From: Planktothrix sp. GU0601_MAG3
GTDB taxonomy: Bacteria > Cyanobacteriota > Cyanobacteriia > Cyanobacteriales > Microcoleaceae
Direction: 5' to 3'
Assembly: GCA_035193785.1 (NCBI GenBank)
Contig: CP136572.1
Location: 2,836,578 to 2,900,577 of the forward strand
DNA length: 64,000 nucleotides
Under the pieces are notes generated by a model, which saw only the letters and a list, made by a program, of their open reading frames with translations, did no database searches and had not been told where the DNA came from. Shown piece after piece: positions 55,095 through 64,000 of this stretch; position 1 is the first letter of the stretch, and every line of letters starts with the position of its first letter. A program made the position numbers and the translations under genes.

Positions 55095-58000
55095 TTAACG
55101 ATGGGGGAATCGACTGCGAATAATACGGTAGAACATAAGCAAAATCATCCCAACGATGGCAAAGGGGAAGGCAAAAACACCCATAATAAAACACAAAATA
55201 AAATTAAATTTGTTGCGTTGGGCGAATTTAACAATTTTTTTCATCCAATTGGGAATAGGGTAAGCATCAAGGGATAAATCTAATTCTTGGTAAATTAATT
55301 GTGCTTGCTGAGAAGCAGCAAATGCTTCTTTGATTCTGCCTATTTTTTGATATAAATTGCCTAAAACGAGTAAAGAATTAGCTTCCTTCCGTCTATCCCC
55401 AATCTCTCGGTCAATTTCCAGAGATTGCTGGTAATAGGATATCGCTTCTTCGTAGCGTCCTAGGGAATTGTAAACATTGCCTAAACCGAATAACGAAATA
55501 GCTACCCCCAATCTATTCCCAATCTCTCGGTAAATTTCCAGAGACTGCTGGTAATAGGATATAGCATCTTCGTAGCGTCCTAGGTTATTGTAAGCACTGC
55601 CTAAATTGTGTAAAGAATTAGCTATCCCCTGTCTATCCCCAATCTCTCGTTGAATTGCCAGAGATTGCTGGTAATAGGATATCGCTTCTTCGTAGCGTCC
55701 TAGGGAATTGGAAACATTGCCTAAACTGTGTAAAGAATTAGCTTCCCCCTGTCTATCCCCAATCTCTCGTCGAATATCCAGAGATTGCTGGCAATAGGAT
55801 ATAGCATCTTCGTAGCGTTTTAGGGAATTGTAAGCATTGCCTAAATTGTGTAAAGAATTAGCTATCCCCTGTCTATCCCCAATCTCTCGGTAAATTTCCA
55901 GAGATTGCTGGTGATAGGATATCGCTTCTTCGTGGTGTCCTAGGGAATTGTAAGCATTGCCTAAACCGTTTAAAGAAGCAGCTACCCCCCCTCTATTCCC
56001 AATCTCTCGTTGAATATCCAGAGATTGCTGGTGATAGGATATAGCATCTTCGTAGCGTCCTAGGGAATAGTAAGCAATGCCTAACGAAGTTAAAGAGGCC
56101 GTATATCGTCGGTCTTGCTTATCGGTCAGATGTTCGATCAATTCCTGATAGAATTCGGCAAGGAGTTGGTTATTACCGCGTAAGTCGAGGAAGTTAGCAA
56201 CACAATTATCGCTATAACTTTCATCCCGAATCACATCAAATGCCGTTTCATATTCCCCCAACTCGCACCAATGATAAAACACCTCCAAATATTCCCGCAC
56301 ATCCTCCACCGTCCGCCACTGGTCACGGGATTTAAACCGACTTTGATAGAATTGAATCGCCTTCTGATGCGCTCCCCTTAAATCCCCCACCCGATACTTG
56401 AGATACTCCAAAATCAAGGGCAAAAACGTATAAATTCCCCTGGTTTCCGATGCCAAAAATCCCCGTTTCCCTAACTCCCGCAATTCCTTATCCGTCACCG
56501 TTTCCCCAGAAATAGCCGTCGCCGTCACCTCATCAAACCCCCAACGCAACACCACCAAGGACAACAACACCCGTTGTAACTTCTCCGATAAATGGTTAAA
56601 ACTGGCATCCAACACCGCCACTAACTGCACCGCCTCCTGACGGTGGAAACCCTGTAACCGCCCCATCAACTCCCTGACATCGGCTATTCCTAACGTGGCT
56701 AAATCCCCAATAGTCGCCCCGACGCCGATTTCCCCATTCAGTAACCCCGCCACCAGTCGCAAGGTCAGAGGATGGCCATTCACCTGAGCCACAAAAGCCC
56801 CTAATTCCGCCTCTGTCCCTCCAATGTCTAAATTTTGAAGTAATTGTCTTCCTTCCGTTGCTGAAAGTCCCTCTAGGGCTAATTCTGAGGGTTTATCCTG
56901 AACTAAATTCGGCACAACTTGGGTTGTCACCAGAATTTCGGTCTGATGACATTTCCCTAGCCAGTGTTGCAAGAAATTCTGATAACCTTCATCCTGAAGC
57001 ACCGATTCCAGATTATCTAATACCAGTAAAAACCGTTGCTGTTGCAGACAGTGGATTAAAACCTCGGTTAAACGAGTTTCTTCAATTTCTTTTAACTGGT
57101 CTGGAGACAGTTTTCCCAACTGAGTTAAAATCCCCTGGGCGACAATCGAGAATAGGGGACGTTGGCTTAAATCTAGCCACAATTTATCAATAAAATCCGT
57201 TCTATCGTTAAAGACTTTGGCCGCCAGGGTTGATTTTCCCATCCCAGCGATCGCCACAATTACACCCAATTTATTATTTTCGTCGTCTAACCAACCGTTA
57301 ACAATGGCTAAATCCGCTTCTCGCCCTTGCCAATACATCACCGCCGGGGGTGTGGTATTTAGACTAAAGGAAATCGCTTGAATTTTCGATTTGTCTCGCT
57401 CAAAAAAGCCGATAATCGTCTCAAAACCCTGTTTCTACGGTTTGTTTTAACTCTTGATTCTGTTCACCAACTTGCGCGAATCCGGCGGTCATTGTTTCTT
57501 GTAAAGTCTGTAATTCCTCTGATAACCAACCCCGCAATTCTTGAATTTGTGTCTGAGTGATTCCCAACTGTTGTAAGACGGCATCAAACCCCGATTCTAT
57601 CTCAGTTCCCAACTGTTTAAATTTAGCTTCTTGACTTTGTTGGAGTTGTTGCTGTAGAGTTTCGATCTGTTGTAACCCAGCAAGAATTGTTTCATTATTG
57701 CCCATTGAGGACGCATTTCTCAAAATTGCCAGGATTTCCCCTAACATGGAAATAGTAAACCCAGCAAAGGCTTTTCCTCCCTCCTCAAAATCAATTTTCA
57801 GCACTTCCCGCAGAGCTTTAGGAAATCCTCGATGGAGATTTTCAGCCAAATCATCAATAATCTCCGCCTCTAGGTTAATCTTGGCTGGATTACACAACTG
57901 ATCCCTAAGAATAATCCGCCAATCTTCTATTGTTAATACTGTTTGCTCAAAAAAATCTTTTCCCTGTTTGGCAAAAAGAGTATTGATCTCCTTTTCCTGT

Positions 58001-58422
58001 AACGGAGTTAATTCATTTAACTCTCGATTATGACTATCATAAATTAGCTTTGTCCACTGTTTTGCCGCATAGGTCGCCAGATGTTCTAATCTGGAGGTGC
58101 GTTGGGGATATTTGCCCGACTCTGCTACAGATCGAATCAACAAACCCACCGCTAACCCTGATGCTTTGATCAGGTCTTCATTAGCAAGGCTATCCTTACT
58201 CTGACGCAGCTTCACACTGAGTTGATCCTGGTGATGGGCAATCATATCAGTAGCAACAACTCCACTAGCAATACCCGTGATTATTGCTCCAACACCCGTA
58301 GCGACGGTGCCCGCAGCAGCAAGAGCAGGGATAATAATTGGGCACATCGTCCCACCCACAGCAATAACACTAAAGGTCAACAAACGCATATTGCGTTGAC
58401 TAACTAAATCGGGAATTCCCAC
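55095..58422 (-). CDS. NLR-like STAND/NB-ARC NTPase with TPRs (~1108 aa); frameshift at 57431-57435
   Basis: AIAGMGKST, LLVLDNLE, GHPLTL, 40-aa TPRs, hydrophobic termini; a one-base correction fuses 57421-58422 in frame with 55095-57341. Confidence 0.85.
55371..56090 (-). repeat. Six ~120-bp TPR-coding DNA repeats
   Basis: Sequence rows 120 bp apart are near-identical, alternating atcgct/atagca. Confidence 0.85.
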
Positions 58423-58553
58423 GTTCTCACCCCTGAGCTAGATTGACTTAATTATAGGGGAAGGGGCAATAGGGAATAGGGCAAAACCGATCAAAAGTGT
58501 GGTATCCTAAGTGATTGTGGAAATTTACGGATCATCTCTGAGATTCAACAACT

Positions 58554-58823
58554 ATGGCTCTCACACAGCAGCGTAAACAAGAAATCATGTCCGAGCACCA
58601 AACCCATGAAACCGACACCGGTTCCTGCGAGGTGCAAGTGGCTATGCTAACCGAACGGATTAGCAAACTCAGCGAACACTTAAAAATCAATAAAAAAGAT
58701 CACGCCTCTCGCCGTGGACTTTTACAAATTATTAGTCGTCGCAAACGCCTATTAAGCTTTTTGCAACGGCAAGATAAAGCCCGTTACCAAGCCTTAATCG
58801 CTCGTTTAGGGATTCGGGGCTAG
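58554..58823 (+). CDS. rpsO: 30S ribosomal protein S15
   Basis: HETDTGSCEVQVAMLT...KKDHASRRGL. Confidence 0.98.
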   Translation: MALTQQRKQEIMSEHQTHETDTGSCEVQVAMLTERISKLSEHLKINKKDHASRRGLLQIISRRKRLLSFLQRQDKARYQALIARLGIRG

Positions 58824-58911
58824 GATTTTTCAGGCGTTCTCCGAACCCCTGAGTCTGAAATTCCCAACCCCAAGCTTTCCTCCTGCATTTCCAGACCCAT
58901 TCTCTGAACCT

Positions 58912-59448
58912 ATGTCCTCTGAACGTCCGACCGCACGGCCCGCCTTTGAACCCAAGAAGAATCGCAAAAAAACCGATAAAGCGACTTCTAATCCCCCAAC
59001 AAAGGCAACTTCAGACCCGAAACCAACAAAACCTAATCAGAAAGTTAAGGCAACTCCTAAGTCTCCTAAGCCTGAAGCCAAAAATCAGAAGGAGACTAAA
59101 CGCACCCGCACCCGGGAAGAAACAGCAATTCCTGAGAAAGTCAGTCAACGGATGCTCTCTCGGATGGTGGTTTTAGCTGGAATTCCTTTGTTCCTGGGTT
59201 TGGGAAGCTTCATCGGCAGTTACTTCATCATTACTCAAGATTTGCTCGTCCTTCCCAATACGGCCGTGGTGATTTTGAGTATGGGATGTTTTGGATTAAG
59301 TGTCCTAGGGTTAAGCTATGGGGTGCTGTCCGCATCCTGGGACGAGAACGCCCCGGGTAGTGTTCTGGGCTGGCAGGAATTCCAACTGAATTTAGGGCGA
59401 ATGCAGGACGGATGGAAAGCTGCAAAGCAAAAAAAGCAGAAAAATTAA
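58912..59448 (+). CDS. pam68: PAM68-family PSII assembly factor
   Basis: IPEKVSQRMLSRM, GLSYGVLSASWDE..GS.LGWQEF; follows rpsO. Confidence 0.9.
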   Translation: MSSERPTARPAFEPKKNRKKTDKATSNPPTKATSDPKPTKPNQKVKATPKSPKPEAKNQKETKRTRTREETAIPEKVSQRMLSRMVVLAGIPLFLGLGSFIGSYFIITQDLLVLPNTAVVILSMGCFGLSVLGLSYGVLSASWDENAPGSVLGWQEFQLNLGRMQDGWKAAKQKKQKN

Positions 59449-59568
59449 GAATTCAAAAGTTTGTGTCCAAAACTGAATTGTTATACGCTAAATTAGCTTT
59501 AACTCGGGCTGTATTTTCTTAGACAATTTCAGCTTTTTAAATTTGATCGATCGATCAAAACAGGAGAA

Positions 59569-60631
59569 ATGATTATAGTAATGAAAGTCGGCACACCAGA
59601 AGCCGAAATTGAACGTTTAAGTGAAGATCTCAAAACCAGTTGGGGTTTATCACCGGAGAAAATTGTCGGTAAACACAAGGTTGTGATGGGGTTAGTCGGT
59701 GAAACTGCCGATCTCGACCCTTTACAACTACGGGAAATGAGTCCTTTCATTGAGGACGTCATGCGGGTGGAAAAACCCTATAAACGGGTGAGTCGCGCCT
59801 ACCGTCATGGAGAAGCCAGTGAAGTTACTGTCCCCACTCCCGCCGGAAATGTTACCTTCAGCGAACATCATCCCCTAGTCGTTGTGGCTGGCCCTTGCTC
59901 CGTGGAAAACGAGGAGATGATTGTTGAAACCGCCAAACGAGTTAAAGCCGCTGGGGCTAAATTCCTGCGCGGAGGTGCTTTCAAACCTCGGACATCTCCC
60001 TACGCCTTTCAAGGACATGGGGAAAGTGCATTAGGGTTATTAGCTGCGGCTCGGGACGCAACCGGATTAGGTATTATTACCGAGTTAATGGATGCCGAAG
60101 ACCTGGAAAAATTAGGGGAAGTTGCCGATATTATTCAAATTGGCGCCCGCAATATGCAGAACTTTTCCCTACTGAAAAAAGTAGGAGCGCAAAACAAACC
60201 CGTATTACTCAAGCGGGGAATGGCTGCCACCATTGAAGAATGGTTAATGGCGGCGGAATATATCCTAGCGGGTGGCAACCCTAACGTGATTTTATGCGAA
60301 CGGGGAATTCGCACCTTTGATCGTCAGTATGCCCGTAATACCTTGGATTTATCCGTCTTACCTGTGTTGCGATCGCTCACCCACCTGCCAATTATGATCG
60401 ATCCCAGCCATGGTGTCGGTGTGGCAGAATATGTTCCCTCCATGGCCATGGCTGCCATTGCCGCCGGGACAGACTCCCTAATGATTGAAGTCCATCCCAA
60501 TCCGGCTAAAGCCCTATCCGATGGCCCTCAATCCCTTACCCCAGAACGGTTTGACCGCTTAATGCAGGAAACTGTCTGTCATTGGTGAAGCCGTTGGTCG
60601 TTGGCCGAAAGAACTGGCCGTTGTCGGTTAA
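59569..60631 (+). CDS. aroF: DAHP synthase (class I-beta); frameshift at 60568-60572
   Basis: [44 protein letters not shown]; corrected stop at 60631. Confidence 0.93.
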
Positions 60632-60657
60632 TTTTTTGTCAAAAGTTGAAAACTTGA

Positions 60658-60690
60658 CAAGGGCGTTTGTAGCAAACGCCTTTGTTTTTT
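60658..60690 (+). terminator. Intrinsic terminator after aroF
   Basis: AAGGGCGTTTG-TAG-CAAACGCCTTT followed by a T-tract. Confidence 0.6.
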
Positions 60691-60753
60691 GCTATTTATA
60701 TATAATAATGTAGTGACTGTGATCAAGTCCCGACAAAAATTATTTCTTCAGGA

Positions 60754-61632
60754 GTGAATTTGCCAATGTCTAATCTCTGTAAAACGGTTTTTTTGGGGAC
60801 GGCGATCGCATTAACCCTAAATGGGGGTGAACTTTTAGCTCAAGAATTATCCCCGGAATCCTCCCTAGAAAATCTTGTTACATCTTCACTAGAAATTGCT
60901 TCCGAAACCATCTTAGAAACATCTGATTCTAACCCAAATCAATTGGCTTTTGAAGCTACAGAAATGAATAATTCAGAGAATATTATTCAACAGCAACCCC
61001 AAACTTTATCGGAAGTTGAAAATAATTTTCCTTCAACCCAAGCAGCCGATTTAAGTAATAATTGGATGGAGCGAGTGGAGTGGAATATTTCTCAAAATCC
61101 AGATCAATCTTTACCCGTTGCTCAACAACAAAACTCAGAAGAAAAACCGGAAGATCCGCGTAAAGCCGCCGATGCTAATGGTCGTCGTTTAAGTAATAAC
61201 TATAGTTATATTGGAATTGGAGGTAATATTGGGATCACAGGAGATGGATCAGGTTTAGGGAATGGTGGTTTAATGACCCTTTCAAAAACCGGATTTTCGG
61301 AAAATGTTTCCCTACATTCCAGTGGAATTTTGATTGGAAGTGATAGTGCGAGCCTAGTTCATTTAACTGCTGATTTTCCGATCAGAAGTGAAACAAATGC
61401 TGTTCGTTTCTCACCCTTTGTAGGAGCCGGAGTTATCTACAAAGATTTATTTAATAGTGACATTAGTTTCGGCCCTTCAGCGACCGTGGGAATTGATATT
61501 CCTATTTCCTATAGTTTCTTAATTACCGGACGTGCTAGTGTCGGATATATTAGAGAAGAAACGGATTTTGGGATTCAAGTTGGTTTTAGTTATGTCTATA
61601 CCAAAGGGTTACTGGGTTTAATTTTTAAGTAA
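60754..61632 (+). CDS. Outer-membrane beta-barrel-like hypothetical protein
   Basis: Signal peptide, acidic linker, YIGIGGNIG, SPFVGAGV amphipathic strands. Confidence 0.6.
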   Translation: MNLPMSNLCKTVFLGTAIALTLNGGELLAQELSPESSLENLVTSSLEIASETILETSDSNPNQLAFEATEMNNSENIIQQQPQTLSEVENNFPSTQAADLSNNWMERVEWNISQNPDQSLPVAQQQNSEEKPEDPRKAADANGRRLSNNYSYIGIGGNIGITGDGSGLGNGGLMTLSKTGFSENVSLHSSGILIGSDSASLVHLTADFPIRSETNAVRFSPFVGAGVIYKDLFNSDISFGPSATVGIDIPISYSFLITGRASVGYIREETDFGIQVGFSYVYTKGLLGLIFK

Positions 61633-61691
61633 TTTTCCAGAATATAGGATTTTTTTAAATGGGGATATTATGACAATTATTGCCACAATAT

Positions 61692-61812
61692 CCCCATTAC
61701 CCATTCCCCATTACCCATTACCCATTCCCCATTACCCATTACCCATTACCCATTACCCATTACCCATTACCCATTACCCATTACCCATTACCCATTACCC
61801 ATTCCCCATTCC
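61692..61812. repeat. Heptamer STRR (CCCATTA/CCCATTC)n
   Basis: About 17 tandem 7-mers between convergent genes. Confidence 0.9.
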
Positions 61813-62917
61813 CTACTCACTATCTTGATTTTTTTGGATTAACGCATCAGATTCTTCGACCATAGTTTTTAATAGTTGATTTAGTAATACCAAATTATCG
61901 GAAGATAGGTGAGTCATAGCCAGACGGATATTAAGTTTCACTTAGTTTATTTTGAAGTTGCTGTGTTAGTCGTAAAGCATCTAAACTTAACTTAGATAAC
62001 TGTTGTTTTTGATAAAACTTTAAAGCAGCACCGCGTAAAACCTGTAGGTTAGCTTCTTCTCCCAAGGGTGCTGGATTAACTCTTAAACGCAGTAAAAGAT
62101 GGGTATTTTGATAAAGCCATTCCCTCTCAACTTGTTGCGGTTTATCTACAGGAATTAATGGTAATTCTACTAACATTTTTAGTTCATTAATAACTCCCTT
62201 AAATTGCTGATCATCTAACCCGGTAACGACGGATTGTAAAACGCCATCCTGACTCCACAAAATTCGGCCTAAATTAGCCTCTTGACGTTCAAAATAAAGC
62301 CGTCCAATCCCCCCCATTAAAACTCGTCCTAAAAGTTCTTGTAATAATTCATGGGGAGATAACATCGATAAAACTTCTATCGGACTTTCTAAATAATTCG
62401 TTTTTACCTGTAAAACCGATAGGGGATTTGAATAATTCGGGGGAGTTGATTCTACAAATTCAGGCGAGGATTTTTCAAACTTTGAAGTTAATAAATTTGA
62501 ATTGACTGGTGCTAAAGAAATAACTGGCTCTATTTCCACAACTTTTGGAGAGGGAACAGAAGTCGAGATATCAGAACTTGAAACAGGAGTTGGTGATGAT
62601 TTTTTCTGTTCAGAAAATTGGCTGATTGTTTCAATATCTATTGTCGAAGATTCATCGGCTTTAACCTGTTGAGTATGATAGAGATAGGCTGATAAAATAG
62701 AACGTTGCTCCTCCGAATAAATCACCTGACTGATGATGGAGCAATTCATATAGGATACGATCTTCTGCACATATTCTAAGGCGGATTGATCCTCCGAATC
62801 AACAACACCTAAATATAAATAATTCTCTTTGAGACATAAAGGTAAAATTTGGTAATGCAAGCAAACTTCTAGCGGTAAGATACTGTCAATTAAGGCAAAA
62901 ATTTGCTGCGCTTCCAA
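61813..62917 (-). CDS. GspE/PilB N-terminal-domain protein lacking ATPase motifs; frameshift at 61935-61939
   Basis: LPLEVCLHYQILPL...LYLGVVD; GIGRLYFER; correction extends the frame to a TAG at 61813. Confidence 0.65.
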
Positions 62918-63191
62918 TGGAAAACTGTTCCAGTAGCTTCAGATTTAGCTAACATTTTTTATGATTTAATTTAGTGTCCTAGTCCAATATTCTTTGGTTT
63001 AGAGCTAAGTTCAGTATGAATTAGCTGCACATTAAAAGGGCACCCCGATGGCAACTCCATATCTGCAACCGTTGAGGAATGAAGATAAGGACATTAGTAA
63101 TGGTTATCGATATAAGTTAAGTCTAACAGTTTTTGCGTAAACTATCTACAGAACTTCCGTGACATGGCTAAACTCCTGGGGGCGGAAACTG

Positions 63192-63223
63192 GCGATACCG
63201 ACGGGTGGCGGCTACGCCATCGC
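63192..63223. mobile_element. 24-bp insertion into a HIP1 site (SDR5-like very small element)
   Basis: GCGAT-ACCGACGGGTGGCGGCTACGCCAT-CGC. Confidence 0.5.
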
Positions 63224-63234
63224 CATTTGAAACC

Positions 63235-64000
63235 CTACTGTTTACCATCATCATACTTATAAATAATATCCATCGGGTCAGTTTTTAAGCTAATTCCTTC
63301 CTGTCTGACTTTAAGATCATAATAAAGAACTCCAGCAATTGATTGCCAAAATGGAAGAAATAAAGCTCCAATAATGATATTGATCGCTATAGAAAATAAA
63401 TTCACAATCAGTTTATAAGTGTAGGAATCCGGGCTAACTATAATGCCAAAAGCCAGTTGCATAAATATCACAATAAATAGCAGTAAAATCGAAAAAGGAA
63501 GGACAATCAAAAATCCTATAAACAGAATCCCTTGAATTCGCAATACCGATCCTTTGGTTAATTTCCAACTGCGACTAATTGCTGCTATTACGGTCATATT
63601 ATCTTCAACAGCCAAGGGTAAAGCCGCAATAAAAATTCGAGCAACCAGCCCAATATAAGCAAATAAAATAGCAATAAAAAACACAAAACCTATTAAGTAT
63701 ATAATCGCGCTATCTTCTCCTAAAATAGCCACCACGAGACCAAAGGAAATTACCCAGACTAAAATTAATCCTAAAAGTCCCCCCATTAAAATTAAGCCCA
63801 CCAGAATTCCTTGCCCTAAAAAGCTCCACATTCTTCGCTCAACACGAGGATGAGCTTCTGAAATAGCTTCGGGTCGTTTCTAAGGTTTCATAATAGGCTA
63901 AACGGCTAATTAATCCAGAAAGGGCTAAACATTTAGCCCAGCCATAAATGGGAACAATTGACCAACAATAGGCTTGCAGGGCAATATTAAAATAAGATTT
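63235..64000 (-). CDS. Integral membrane hypothetical protein, 5' end outside window; frameshift near 63876
   Basis: Multiple TM helices, AISRSWKLTKG, LYYDLKVRQEG; frame continues upstream after a one-base correction. Confidence 0.7.

Noticed and set aside
55371..56090. Diversity-generating retroelement target
   Set aside because: No reverse transcriptase or template repeat in the window, and differences are not adenine-specific
61680..61865. 61-aa PITHY-repeat ORF
   Set aside because: Translation of a heptamer STRR; no evidence of coding
62960..63190. ncRNA or riboswitch in the long intergenic region
   Set aside because: No recognisable motif or convincing stem set by eye; needs an Rfam search
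721..63880. Mass pseudogenisation or programmed ribosomal frameshifting
   Set aside because: Conserved genes such as rpaA, gltD and aroF are hit without other decay, and the motif occurs in both orientations and in non-coding repeats, so a systematic sequencing error is more likely
1..64000. tRNA/rRNA genes, prophage or integrase
   Set aside because: None recognised by eye

Overview
Chromosomal window from a filamentous, gas-vacuolate cyanobacterium. Frequent HIP1 GCGATCGC sites, gvpA/C/N/J, rpaA, pxcA, ndhD and PAM68 support this, and GvpC looks Planktothrix-like (inference). It holds housekeeping genes (gltD, pgk, rbgA, ruvA, rpsO, aroF), a probable cruE/cruH pair, two large RTX/Pro-Thr surface proteins and two small toxin-antitoxin/defence islets. 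Two signals stand out. (1) A REP-associated HUH tyrosine transposase (RAYT, 28701-29255) sits inside nine ~164-bp GTAG...CTAC REP-doublet units: one upstream and eight in tandem downstream at a ~207-bp period. The gene lies on a 571-bp segment that interrupts one linker exactly. (2) About 30 apparent frameshifts are almost all the same event, GAAC read as GAAAC (or GTTC as GTTTC). This is probably a motif-specific sequencing error, and GAAC/GTTC is the known Dnd phosphorothioation motif. Split ORFs are therefore reported as single genes. No rRNA, tRNA or CRISPR array was found.
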